DNA of 64,000 nucleotides from Hydrolagus affinis (GCA_012026655.1 JAAILG010001350.1:1-64000); one strand, 5' to 3'; positions 37,506 through 50,918 are shown, counted from the first letter of the stretch. Translations and numbers: made by a program. Notes: generated from the sequence alone by a model not told the origin.

Positions 37506-40500
37506 TTATCATCCACCCACTTTGATGTTTGAGTTCCCTTTGTAACAGTATTTTCATCCTGTTTTTTTATCGCTCTTACCCCAACAATCCTCATCCGTCT
37601 CAGAGAGGAAACTGCAGGCTTTGTGAACCTCAGAATCACAAGTTTTATCAAACAAGTTCAGATAAGATTCCACTTCATGATCTTCAGCGCCTTGGGACGT
37701 CCTCCCGACGTGAAAGGCGCTCTATACATGTAATTTTATTGTTGTTATCGTTGTCTTTTTGCTGTCTATTTTCTTTCACCAGATCTGCTCTTATTTGTTT
37801 CTGTATCGACATCACTGTCAGTCCATTCTAAGATGCTGTTAGCTTTGTGTTTTTTTTATTATTTGAGCAAAGTGTCATTCAATGACACAAGCTTAAATCT
37901 TTATTCCCTGTGGATTGTGAGTGGTTCAATGATAGCAGAGGGCCGGTAATGTAAAACGATTAATTTTAAACCCCATGATGAATGAATAACATTATTTTTG
38001 TCTGTCATTAAAACAACAAAATCTTCAATCATTAAAACAAAACAGGTAAGAGAAAGAGAGGAGCCATCTTTATTTGTTTTTTTCCCCCTTAGTTAAGTGA
38101 ACATTGATGACTTTAGATGAAATCCAGTTTGTTCTCAACGATAACTTGATATGAGCAGTTCTAGGTCATGGAGACATATCTTGGAAGCCAAGTGACAACT
38201 CAATGACATTTATGGCAAGAAGGGATTTTTTCATCATCTGTAATATAATAGTGCAGTACTGTATTGTCAAGTCCCTGAAAGTTCTGTACAATGCCAATAA
38301 TATGGAAATGCTCTTGGCATTTAGGAGATTTTAACATGACTTTAATGACTGAAGTATAAATTAGCGAGTATTGTACTTGGCACTGAAAAGCATTCCACCA
38401 AATAATATCCCACTAATGAAGGATTAACTGATTAGCCAGGATCAAAGGAAAATATTGCTTGACAGAGGCTGCTTTACAGAGCAACTGCAGTTTCTAAAAC
38501 ACTCTTGGTAAGTTTAAAATGATTTGTTGCCTTTTAAAACAACGGGGAGTTCAAACGTATACACAAGCTCTCAAAGAAGCAATCATGTTTATTATATGGG
38601 TTTCATCCTGTTTTACTCTGTGCTTATATCTATTTTGGAAAATAAATGTAAATGGTATTACACTGCAAGTCAATCACATTGAAAACCCAGAGCAAATGTG
38701 CTTTCCCCGTGTGGTGAAGACAAAACCTAACTTTTATTCCAAAGGCCTCTGCCTTCGAGGTTGTTATCTTGTGCGAGGGAGATATATTTTTTAAAAGAAA
38801 AGTGTTTGAATTGTGAATGCCGTCATGTTTGAAAACATCGTCAGCAAGTGAGGTGCTCATTATAACAGAGAAATAACTAGTCCCAAGGGAGGGCACTGGC
38901 ACTCCCTAGTTCTTTTACTTCCTCGCAGTTTTACTCATTTTATTTCTGCCTGCTCGTGATATTCTCTTGGGTGGCTGTTGCCATAGGAGGGAGACAGGTT
39001 GTCTATGGTTCAGGATTATTATGATGCACTTGCATCGAAATAATTGCCTCTGATAATTATTTTGTGCTGCTTGAGATAATTATACCGCAGTTTTTTCCAC
39101 TTTTCCTCTGGCATTATCAGCCACTTGATAAAGTATTTTTTTTAATGACAACAAAATACAGTCCCGACTGAACCGAAAACAAGTAAAATGGCCTCACTGC
39201 GGCTTCAAATTCCCGTCCCTCAGGTGAACACTATTGGTAAACGGTTCTGAATAATATTCAATGGCAGTTTGGAATATTTGCGTTTTGTTTGTAATTAACG
39301 AGTGAATTACTGCTCACTTCTCTTGGCATGAAATGATTTGTTTCGTTTTAAAGTAACATGCGTTTTTAGTGGATTCACAGGAAGGAACGTACACGAATAA
39401 AAAAAAAAGCGCCAAAGTACATATCATGGATTTTTATTGTTTGTAATCACATCTTGCACACACAACAATCTTAAACTGACATTAAAATGCACGTGATGGA
39501 ACACAAAATGACTGGTCTGGATGATCATGTTCTAATAACTTTTAACTGTGTGAGATGGGAGAGATTTGTCAAAGATCCTCCCCAAAAATCTGAAGGATTA
39601 AAATACAAACACATCAATGAACAGCAAGATCTAGTTCAAGTGGTTGAAAACATGCCACACTCAGGTAGTTAGTAGATGAAAGTATCTACCACCATTTACG
39701 CTCTTTACTGTGACTCCAGTTTCAAGTCCGATAGGCAAATATACAAACTGTCAGAGTTCAATGTGAAATGGCACATAATAAAATGAGATGATGGCAAAGA
39801 ACAGGATTACAGATTAATTTTATGATCTATCTTGCCAAACACAATCCTTTGAAATAAAACTAGATATTTACAAAAGAAGCCTCAAAAGTTATAACCACAT
39901 CAAGCAAAACACTCCATACAGTTTTATATTTGGCAAACCATTTTCTACTCAGCACAGCTACAGCAGTAATAAGACAAAATTCAGCTCAATAAATCTGGGC
40001 ATTTTCATACAAACACTGTTAACCTTTTGTGTTTCTACGGTTAAACATTTTCCCCTCCCACCACCCCCCACAAAAAAAAATGTTTACGTCAATCGAAGGC
40101 TTTTTCCTCTTACTGTGAGCACAAGATACATAAAGATTTTATTCAATCTAATCACTGTAATATATACAGTACTACCAATGACACGTTCTAATTATGATGA
40201 AATCTGTTTCATTTATTAAGAAATTCAATCCATAGTATTTAGCGCCTAAATAGTTTGCCCGATTAAGGATCAAAAGCTTTTCATACTGTGCATTGATGAA
40301 GACAGTATAGGCAATAATAGGCCTTATTTAAGATGTGACTTTTACGTAGATTAATTCTTTGGCAATTACTTAAAATGGCTTTATTTCTATTAGGTTAATG
40401 ATATAATAAAAAGAAAGAGACCTAGTGTGCATAGAACAATAGAACAATTTAAAGTAAATCCTTGAACCTTTGTGAACTACTAGTCTTTTTGTTCAATGAG

Positions 40501-41116
40501 ATGACCTATGATTAATAGCATACCATTTATTTAGGTGAATTGATATTTACATCAAACAGAATAAATTATTCCTCATGATTGTGAGATCCATTGACACTGA
40601 ATTGCTGGGACATAGATTAAGCAATTACCGTGTGTTAAATATTGAGACCGAAGGGATTTAAAATGATCAAGAATCATTAAAAAAAAATGACAAGAATCAT
40701 TAAAAAAAAGGAAAAAAAACATTTTCATTGTAAAAAGAGATCCAAAATTTTTTTTTTAGAGAGGGTTTGCTATTGATAGGTTGAATCTTTTAATAAATAT
40801 GTCTTTATACTGTATATGTATTAGAATACATCGGCAGATTATAAATTGCTTGATGTTAGTAATATTTAATACTCTGAATGCTCTCAATGTCATTAGGTTA
40901 CTAATATTCTGCTGACTTTTGCCTTCTTACAATTTGCTGTGTTGCACGTGAAATAAGAACCAACAATCTGATGCAAAAAAAAGCTTGACCTATTATATGG
41001 AAGTATTGTACTCAGAAACAAAATGTTGTAGCTTGATAGCCAGGTTATTAGTGGGATTAATTTCCTTCCAAGGTGTTCTTTTTGAAGTGATGGTCTTGAA
41101 GTGTTGGAGAAGACCT

Positions 41117-41176
41117 TTAGCCAGACAGCTTCTCTCGTCGCTGCTTGTTTCTGCGGACCTTAGCTGCATGTAATTC
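41117..41176 (-). CDS. STMN3: STMN3 last coding exon (ELHAAKVRRNKQRREKLSG*)
   Basis: ctaacag acceptor; 60 nt ending in TAA; matches the ELHAA.VRRNK...SG C-terminus of STMN3. Confidence 0.93.
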   Translation of the reverse strand, partial: ELHAAKVRRNKQRREKLSG

Positions 41177-41263
41177 CTGTTAGACAGAGTACAGGAATTA
41201 TACAAGATATGGTGACTGAAGCGCTGGCTTCAAGAACATAAGCCTTTCATTAACACCAGGCTG

Positions 41264-41625
41264 CAACAACAACTGTAACAACAACAAAATTGGAGGTCAT
41301 TCCAAGGGCTGGACAGTCATTGTTTCAGACCCGAATGAGGTCGGGGACGGGGAGGGTGAAGGGTAAGAGGGGGATTGGAGTGACCGATGGGACAGTTGAA
41401 GAGGAGGGTCTTGCGGCAGGACTTGAAGGAGGCCAGCGAGGTGGCGAGGCGGAGGGACTCCGGGATAGAGTTCTAGAGGTTTGGGGGCAGAGTGGCTGAA
41501 GGCTCATCCGTCAATGGTGGGGCGGGTGGGTCGGGGGACGTGGAGCCTGCTGAGCGGAGGGGGTCGGGCAGGTTGGTAGGGGGTTAGGAGGTCGCAGATG
41601 TAGGGTGGGGCTGCCCTGGTTTGTA
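41264..41625 (-). mobile_element. L2-type LINE 3' fragment in STMN3 intron 4
   Basis: APPYICDLLTPYQPAR...LHVPR remnant, GC-rich UTR and (GTT)n tail. Confidence 0.7.
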
Positions 41626-42307
41626 CAAACCTGGAATTCCAGAAATTGCTGCAACCAACACTCTTGCTGTCTGACCAAAACACTGTGTTACTGTTATACA
41701 TTCACATTTTCTACAGTGTGTGTTGCTAGACTGAAAACATTTAGGAAAATCCCACTGTTGTTCTCTATTATTATTACCAGTGTGTTTTCCCATTTGCGGG
41801 CTGCTCCCGACCATGGATCATCTTCGCTCAACAAGGGATGGTGATGAGACAGGTGTAATGGTGCCTTTAATGACCCGCTGATAGTATCACAAAACGCTTC
41901 CCGTTTGGCATACTAACTTATCGTTTACCTTGGCTTCTGAAGAGATTGCAGTTGGGGACCCTGATTGATTGCAAACTGCCAGATGTTCAATTGTAATTGG
42001 GAAAACGCGGCGACTGTATCTCACCGCCATTATCCCACCTTTGGTGAAGAATGGAAGCCAATACATGAAGACGCAATGATTGAATCCGTCGAATAAACAA
42101 AGAGATCCCAACCCAATGTTTTTCTTTATTGTAGTTTGTAGGCAACATGACCACCCTTAGAGAGGCTTTCTCTCTGCCTCCATAAATACCCATTATAAAA
42201 ATATTGATGGTACTGTAATAGTAACCAACTAATTATTGGCTCGCTCACAAACACAGCTGAGAAGACAGGGAATCACACAGTAAGAAGGTCTGCGGTTCAG
42301 TACTTGC

Positions 42308-42499
42308 CTTCTCACGGAGACGTTCCTTCACAGCAGCTATGTGAGCATTGCGATTTTCCTTACAAATTTCCATCTTCTGGTTTAGCTTCCTCTCGGTGCT
42401 TCTGCTGAAGTCGCAGTTATCCACAATGGCCCGGTGCAGGACTATACGCCGATGATGTTGCTTTTCTGCAAGTTGCTGCAAAAGCTGAGCCTCTTGGGA
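42308..42499 (-). CDS. STMN3: STMN3 exon 4 (SQEAQLLQQLAEK...KERLREK), followed by a GC donor
   Basis: tttgcag acceptor; 192 nt; AAG|GCAAGT non-canonical donor. Confidence 0.92.
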
Positions 42500-43044
42500 C
42501 TGCAAATCCACAGAATGATAAGCCTTTACTGCAGTGCTAGTCAAATGCATTCAGCCAGGCTGTTTCGGATATAGTGCTCTTATGAAAAATATCGGTTCAG
42601 CAAAGGTACTTCATGGTCTATTGTGACTAGAATTGGACTGATTAGATTATTAATATTGAAGTCATACGTTTTCATAGCATGTAACATGTAAAGGATATTG
42701 AACAGACCGAGACCAGGCCTGTTACAATTTAATAAATGGGAAGTAAATTGGAGGATGCTGGATGTGGCAGAGATTTTAACAATACATTGGTTTGATTGGA
42801 GTTTGCATTACTGGAGTGGCGTTATTGTTAGTGTTTGCATTACGACCGTACATTCACAAGGTTGCAAATAACAAGGCAAGATGCACGTGGAAAGAAATTG
42901 CCACCGTAACATTTGCAAATGTAATTGTAAATTCTACCAAATTTTAAGGACGCATTTCGTATCAGATGTGTAATTTCGATGGCCTTGAAAAATCAATGAA
43001 TATCTCCGGAATAAAGCTTCCCATTAAAGGGACATCTGGTTTAC

Positions 43045-43214
43045 CTTTCTCCTGTCCTCGGCAGCTTCCAGCTGCTTCTGGAGTTCCTCCAAAGACATTT
43101 CCTTCTTCTTTGGTGAGAGGCTTTGGTCATGTGATAAATCAGTGGATGGGGGCTTGAGAACCACTTCAAAGGCCTGTCCAGAGGCTCGCTTGTTAATTGG
43201 TTTCACTTCCATAT
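43045..43214 (-). CDS. STMN3: STMN3 exon 3 ([20 protein letters not shown]...[17 protein letters not shown])
   Basis: cttcag acceptor, AAG|GTAAAC donor; 170 nt; stathmin family signature. Confidence 0.96.
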
Positions 43215-43229
43215 CTGAAGAAGTAACAA

Positions 43230-43563
43230 TAACAACAACAACAATTCGGATTTACATAGCTCCCTCACTCCACGCCAGGCGGCATCTCAGAGCGCTTCCC
43301 AATAACCGATCCCCGGGGCTGAGCCAGTGGCAGGGGGGGAAAAAGGTGACCAAAAGTTCGGTCGGTCGAAAAGAAAAGTCTTCAGGAGCGACCTGAAAAT
43401 AGGAAAGGAGGGGGGAGGCGAGGCGGAGGGAGTGAGGAAGGGAGTTCCAGAGCCTCGAGGCGTAGTGGCTGAAGGCACGGCCGCCGACGGTGGAACAGAG
43501 GATTCGGGGGAAAAGGACGAGGCCAGTCCCGGCAGAGCGAAGGCAACGGGTGCTGTTGTAAAG
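43230..43563 (-). mobile_element. L2-type LINE 3' fragment inserted at the STMN3 exon 3 acceptor
   Basis: Minus-strand peptide remnant PIFRSLLKTFLF resembles the L2 RT C-terminus; GC-rich 3' UTR; (GTT)n tail; 8-bp flanking direct repeat AGTAACAA. Confidence 0.7.
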
Positions 43564-44678
43564 AGTAACAAGTAAGAATAAAAGAATAATAAGAATGCAG
43601 TGAGTGTTTGCAAATTGGAAACTGATTGAGAAGACTCAAACGAGAGTCAATTCTAGTCACTTATACATTGTAGTTATTTAACAGGGTAACAAGACTTTAT
43701 ATATATATATATCTATAACGACTTCAAACAAAATGATTTTGTTCTGCTTTTTCATTCATTTTCAGCCTTTTTTTTAACAGTGCCTCAAAAGTGCTGAATC
43801 ATTTTGGACATATCTATTCTGTCAACACTATCGACACCTGGGAGTTTGATATGAAAGAGCGGTGATATATTATGTATGAGGTGGCTTTCTTTCCAAATGT
43901 GCTGGTTAAAAATACATGTTAAATCCTATTTATAATAATGCAATAATAATCCTTGCATTTGATTTGTTGCCTTATCGCGTCGTTGCGACGTCTCAAATCC
44001 CTTTTTAGGGCAGAACCAATTTTGGGTTTCATGACTGGAAGGGATGTGCACTTGGGAGAAACGAACAGGATTCTCTTTATAATACAACCCAGGGGTTTGG
44101 AAATACATTTATTACCATTCACTACAATGGCACTGATCATCACTTCAAATCAAGGTCAAACTGGATTTAACACTGAGGCGGTCATTTGAGTAATGCCATT
44201 CTCCTGGAGATTGATGCAGTGCTGAATGCACAAAGTATTCTTTTTTGTTATTTTATGTAGAATTTGTTACAGCATTTGACCGGCAAGTTTAGCTATGTGC
44301 TGCAATGCAGTGTTGATTTCACTGAGTTAGATACTGAAACATGAAATTATTTTAGCTAAGATACATTTTCCAAACTTAATGGCCACCCCACATCCTTCTG
44401 ACAGCATTTCTGACAAAGATCTCCTTGATATTCAGCTATTTAGAAACTGCGCTAAATTTAGTTCATATTTATGAACTTAGTTTTATCAATTTAATTTTGT
44501 GCTATGAATTTAGTTCATAGCACAAATATCTAATCAGTAAAGGGAATTTGAAAGAAACAATTGCATAAGTATTTCGCATAGATACACAGCAGATGTAGTG
44601 ATGTATCAGACTACGATGTTATCTTACTGTTACTTACAAACATATTCACAGATAGACAGGTATGGAATCGTAACTCAC

Positions 44679-44774
44679 CCCCAAAGTTGTACTTTGTGTT
44701 GGGATGTGGTTGTGTGTAGAAGCATGAGCAGATCAGCGAGAGCATCGATAGCTCCTTCATCTTTTCCTTGTAGG
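44679..44774 (-). CDS. STMN3: STMN3 exon 2: palmitoylation/targeting domain (AYKEKMKELSMLSLICSCFYTQPHPNTKYNFG)
   Basis: gtgcag acceptor, GGG|GTGAGT donor; 96 nt; Cys22/Cys24 conserved; TQPHPN is STMN3-like. Confidence 0.96.
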
Positions 44775-46519
44775 CTGCACGCGGGGAAACGAACACGTAA
44801 GTAAAAGCGCACTCACACAAAAGCATCCATTAGCCCCAAAACGGGAACATCATCGCTACAATAACACATGACATTTGCAGAGCGCCTGTCACATCGGGAG
44901 CTAGTCCCAAAGCACTGGACGGTCCAGTGTGTGCGTCACACGTTGTAGGTTGATTGAACGACATTGCTCGGTGCCTCTTGTCTTTTATTGTCTGTTCGAC
45001 GCGTAAAGTAAGCATGGCATGTTCATCACCAGATTGGAGTGGAATACTGAAGAGGAATGAAGCCAGTTAGCCCTATGTGAGTGATCGCCTGCTGTTTCCT
45101 AGTTTTAATTTTTTATCCTCCAGGAATTGTTACCCTTTACTGGATGTTGCCCACAGACACACCAATGTCTATCTGTCTCTTCTGATCCGCTTCTTTTATT
45201 CCCTCACTGCCACCCCCTTCCTTCCCTGTCTCTTTGTCTGTTTCCCTGGCTCCGATTGTACCCATTTTAATACCTAATTATCCGTGTGATTTTGCTTTTC
45301 AAAGGTGGGCAGCCTTGCAGGGGTTGATTGAAGAAAGTAAGCAAAAAGATATGAGAGAGAGAGAGAGAAAGACACAAAGAGAGAGAAAGGAATACCAGAG
45401 AAAAGTAAAGAAGGAAGGAAAATAAAGACAATACAAAACACAATACAAAAATTAACTGTGTGCAGCGCCGGTCACGTCAGGGAAACAAAAAGGAAATACA
45501 TCACTGAAAGTAGACTTTTTTCAGAGATTCTATAGAAGATGGGACATGACTGGGAGCAGGTTACAAAACTCTAATGCACTGGAGGAAGTGTTTGAATGAT
45601 CACATTAACCACAAGATTAAAGCCGGAGTAGGCATTGAGTAATCCCAACCCCCCGAGAGACAATTACAGCATTAAGCATGCTCCATAACCATTTACTTTT
45701 TATTTATATAATGTGCACGGTTTATTTTTGCCTCCTCTTTTTTGCTGCCATGAGAGCTGTGCGACCTGAATGGGGGATCGCCATTTAAATTGTCATTTTC
45801 TTCTCTATGGGTTTGCACCATAACGCTGCAAGACATTTATTTTAAACGGAAATGAAAACTTTGACAGAAGGACAGCAGTTTACTGAAAAACGACACTCCT
45901 GCAGAAAGCTACATATATTATGACAAGAGTCGTAATAGCTTCTACGAACATTAATAAAAAAAATTGATTTGAACCTGCAAGATGTGGACTGTTAATATTG
46001 TATTGTCACATAGTCAACCGGATTACCCCACATCCACTAAATAAGGAGGGGGGAGAAAGAAATTCCTTTTTTTGTCCCTAACGTATCGCCAATTAATAAC
46101 AATAGATTCAACTGGTTGAAAAATTATGAATCCACTCTTGTTATTGAAATGCTGGTTCTACCCAATCCCAGGATAATTACATGGAAATGTGCAGCTCCAG
46201 AAGCATTAGAGAGCTATCTGCTGGGACACCCTGTGCAATTTACGCTTTGCAGCCTCAACGACAACTCCTTTATGCCAATGAGAACCCAACAAGGAAGTGC
46301 CATGGGCGCCTGAATGTCTGGGATGATGTCTTGGCAGATGTACTGGTAGCATTAATGATTTAATGAATGCCTCCCCCCCACCCCCCACCCCCGCCCCCCT
46401 CGCACCACCTAATGTTATTTTTCCGCAGTGTTGTTTTCCTGGTTTCTGGAAATGCACAGTCAGTTCTGTGCAGTAAATAAAACCTACTAAATGTGCAGCC
46501 TTCAGTTTTTAAACGAGCC

Positions 46520-46830
46520 CGATTTTCGCTCCAGACTTAGCAGGTTGTTGTGGGTTCAATCTAGATTCACAATCCAGGCTGATATTTCAACACAGTGTTG
46601 GAGAGCGATACGTCGTTGGAGGTGCTGACCTTTGGATCAGACTTTAAACCCAGGGCCCATCTCTCTCGGTGGGTGTTAAAAAATCCCAGAAAAAGCTACA
46701 GTCGAAAAATGTCCACTTCGGCAAGGGAGAGGATAACCCAGGAGCTCGTAGAACTTTGCCTAGCAAGAGACAGTATCTTTTCACTCCTTAGAAGACTGAG
46801 TGCAAAATTGCTGCTGTGTTGGCAATTATT
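46520..46830 (+). mobile_element. Older DeuSINE/SacSINE-like SINE
   Basis: GGTTGTTGTGGGTTCAA...CAATCCAGGCTGA...GTTGGAGGTGC...TTAAACCCAGGGCCC...GGTGGGTGTTAAAAAATCCCA, and GTGCAAAATTGCTGC near the end. Confidence 0.55.
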
Positions 46831-49800
46831 CTGAAGCCTCAGTACAAAACACGTTAGCCAGTCAGTACGTTTCATTGCTTGTTTTCGGGGGTGATTATTC
46901 TGGGAAAGGTTACCCTGACCCTTTCTGTCGCCATCTTTAACATCAGTAGAACCAGGCGTCTGTCAAAATCCCTGGTGTAGCCCTGCAGTATAATCGACGC
47001 AACTACTTACTGTAGCGTACTCGGGAGGAAAAGAGAGTCAGATATTTTCCCTGAGTAATGATTTTCCCTTACTAATGGAACTCCCCGCAATCCCCCCACC
47101 ACCCCACCTCACACACACACACACACAAACACACACTTATGGCTCTTGTTCGAGACTGCAGAAATGCATTTCAATGACGCATTGTATCCACCCTCTTTGG
47201 TCACTACCACAATTGTTTTCTATTTCCTCTCAAGCGCCGACATTGCGAATACCTATAATGCCACATAAATTATAAATGTGGAATGCAAAGGCTTGGCCAA
47301 CACTTTGCATGATTGAATATAGTTTTTATTGTAGTGCCAACCTGCTGCAAACCTGCAGATTGCAAAATAAGGTCACCTTAGGTACCGTATTAACTTACAT
47401 ACAGTAGAGACAATATGGGGTCTTTATACAAATAGCTATATTCCTGTACCTATGCGAGACTCTTAGTTCTGTAGTTTGGCTGGCTTTGGAAACTCTAATT
47501 TAACATCTATTATGATTCTGGCGAAATGTAAAATGCCGATTATTCAACCACTGAGCAATATATAGGTTGATTTTAATAAATTGCAGTCATTTTTTGTCGT
47601 GAAATGGCATCAATACTGAAAGGGGCGGTGGCGGGGGGGGGGGGGACTTAATTCTCATTTCAGCTGTTGGAACAACCTGAAAGTGTATTGTTGATGAACT
47701 GGTTATTAGCAATCTACCAGAAGGCAAAAGGTCGTGAACGGGATGCTGATTCGATGATTTAGTCTGGAAGGATATTTCCCAGAGACAACACATGCTACCG
47801 TTGGCAAAGGATTGACGGATGACCCTCTGGAGCAAATTGCTTTCGGATCAATAGATTTTAAATATATATGTACATCGATTGAACACTGGGACTCTGAATC
47901 CTTCTGGTCTCTCTTTAGTTTATATAATGATGAAGATGGCGCCAGGCAACATTTGACCAAAAGATGTTTTGCAAGACATTTTGCTGTACGTACGGGTCTC
48001 AAATTCGGTTCAAGGATGCTTTTCGATTGCACATGTTCAGAAAAATGGACAGGCGTTCTGTTTAAGGCTGTAAATTTTACATAGTAACCAAACAATGATA
48101 TGTAAAAATGCTGCACAGCAGCTCATCAACGAGAGCTCTTTCCAGTAGGATTCTGTTGCATAACATTTCTGATGCAGTCAACGCAAAGCTTTTAGTCTGC
48201 ATCAAAGCTTCTATCCTCTGGATCACAAAAAAGGCAAAACTTTTATTGCAACCACAAGGAAAAAATAAATAAAAACTTCAAGGCAGCATAAAATTGTTTT
48301 CAAACTGTATGTCTGATATTTTACCTTTTCTGCTCGCTATCTGAATGGGGCTGTCGTGATTTGGGTTTTTCGAAAGGTCAGCATTTTAATTAGTAATGGA
48401 TTGATTTTAATGAATTAATGAACTGAATTTATTTTAATGAATTAATAATCAAATCTCTCCTATTGCATTGAATTTGGTTTGGAATTATTCATCTTATTGC
48501 AATTTGGATCTGTACAATTCATCCACTCTGTAACTTTAATGCATTCCTTCATTCTTGTGACCCTAGTTAATGGGGGTATTTAAGTGTTGTACAGCGTTCA
48601 TGCTGTATACATATCCTCTGTCCACTAAGCTAATGCTGAATACACAATTATACGTGAATACCGAATATTAAATGGAATAATTAATGCAGTGTTATAAACA
48701 ACAGTGCATTCATTCTCTAATCAAAATACTTTAGCACCAAACTGAGACTGTGTCTAATAGTTTCCTTTCAATAATCTGTAAAAATCTGCTACATGTAATA
48801 CAGCAGTTTTTGACTCCTTAAATTCTATATTCACTTTAGTACAATGCTATTCAGTGAACAGAGATTGATTTATTGACATCCTTAGTGAATGCTTTTGCTT
48901 TATTTATATTAAATATGTAAGAGACTTCTGTGGCATAATGCTACCAGCATTTTTATTGTGTTTGTGTACAAGACTACGCTATCAACCCTTTGTTATTGGT
49001 TATTCTTCAAACAATAAGTGAAATGTTGTTTCAAATGGCGCAGTGTAATACTTAGCGCAATTGTTCTGCTGCTACTTCCAATGATTGGTTCTCGGATGAA
49101 CGAGCAATCTGGAATTAAAGCCAAGATTTAATGAGAAAGTGACAACGAGGGGCTGCTCTGCTTACAATATTTTTTTAAAAGCAGATGTTTCAGCAGGTGT
49201 CGAATCTGAAAACGTTCCCGTCCGATATCGATACACTTCAGATTCGTGAATCCTGTACAAGTGTTTGATATCTCCATTCCAGCTCATACGTGGCCTCTGG
49301 AATGGGGATTGCAAATATTAACAGGCAGAAAACGATTTAATTCTGTGCCCAACACAGTTTGCCTGCCCTTCATTTATCCTTCCTTTAGCACGAAATTGAG
49401 TGTGAAAATACCCCATCCCTTCGCTATGGCCTCAAGATTTGACTGAAGTTCCAGACTTCATTAAATTGGATACGATTCTCAATGACGTTGCCAAGGAAAG
49501 GTGGAAAGTGGAGGCTGCAGCAATCTGGTGATGTCTGGCGTTTTTCTGAGATCAGTCCTCATTTCCCAACCAAAATGTTGCATTTAATATGACTAAGCCT
49601 TTCACTGCAGTGTATTCCTCAGTGGGGCAGACAGTCTAATTACCTTCTAATTAGTCATCGAGGCGAATGCACGACAGTCGTGAGTAGCGATAGAAAAAAA
49701 AATTGAGCAAAATCGTTTAATATGTTTGCTTCCAATCATATAGAGCAGGATGTGATATGTACTAATACATAACCCTAAATGGGTTCCGTGCGTGTTTCCT

Positions 49801-50751
49801 GATACCAAAATTCATTAAATATGCATACTTACCTCTCCATTCGTGAAGAGTTTAAATGGCTTCATGAGATCAATTTGATTCACGTCAATGTAGAAACAGT
49901 TAACTCAACATTTGCTCAAAAATAGCCCTTTTATTAACCCACCTCCTCTTACCCACCACCCCCCCACCCCACCCCACCCCTACACCCAACAACAGCAACA
50001 CACAACAAAACATATTTGTATAGCGCCTTTCACATCGGGAGGACTTCCCAGGAACTTTTAAGCCACCATTTTGTATTAGTATACGGTTCATGCACCTGGC
50101 CAAGGAGATGCAAAGCTGGAGAAATACAAAATAATTCAGTGATTATTTTCGAGTCACTTGTGTACAAAACATGCCATTGAATGCGCCAACACTCATTCAA
50201 ACTTGAATAATAGGCACTTGATTGAAGTAGCAGAGAGTTGAAGGGTTGCCAGGTCCAAACCCACAACCTTCTGATCTGCAGATCCGAGTGCTACAGTGCC
50301 TTTGCACAGTTGGACTTCATGAATGTTAATAGAAATGTTATTAGGATTTGCTTATTTCACCCAGTTATCCATGCACAAGAAGGACTAGTAATCTCCCATT
50401 GATTTTTCAATGTCTGCTAACTCTCTGTGGGTGGACTTCCCAATTACGCTTGCGTTAATTTTACGAGAGACGTCGCTCTATCTATTCCCTCGTCTGGTTA
50501 GTTAATTAATTTTAAACAATCCCCCAATCACAAGCAGAGTGAACAAAAAACAGAACGGCTCTCTGTGATTAAGGATTCATAGATGCATGTCTGGTTGTCT
50601 CCGTATGTAATGCGCAGAAAATTACTCGTCCTTTTTCCGCTGTTGAAATGGAGTAATCGATTTAAATCCATCCTATTGCTTTCATCTATCTGGCATGACA
50701 CAAACCTTCACCCAGAAATCCTCAGCATTTATTTCAGAACTGACTGAAATA

Positions 50752-50918
50752 GTTTTATTATTGTGGGTTTTTTGGAGGGATTATTATTAGGCGTGTGGAG
50801 TAAGGTAACTCGCCCAAGGTTTCGCCCTGACCTGCCTGGATTCAAGTATAGGTCTCCCCAGCTTGGTCACCCCAGCTTGCAAGACAGGTGCTCTGACCAC
50901 TGAGCCACAGGAGCTCCA
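50752..50918 (-). mobile_element. SINE 5' half (tRNA head)
   Basis: CCCAAGGTTTCGCCCTG...CACTGAGCCACAGGAGCTCC, with a small internal duplication of CCCCAGCTTG. Confidence 0.8.

Noticed and set aside
49825-49865. Strong minus-strand donor GAG|GTAAGT with upstream ATGs, a possible alternative STMN3 first exon
   Set aside because: Neither ATG gives the phase 1 needed to join exon 2 in frame, and a better first exon exists at 63881-63899.
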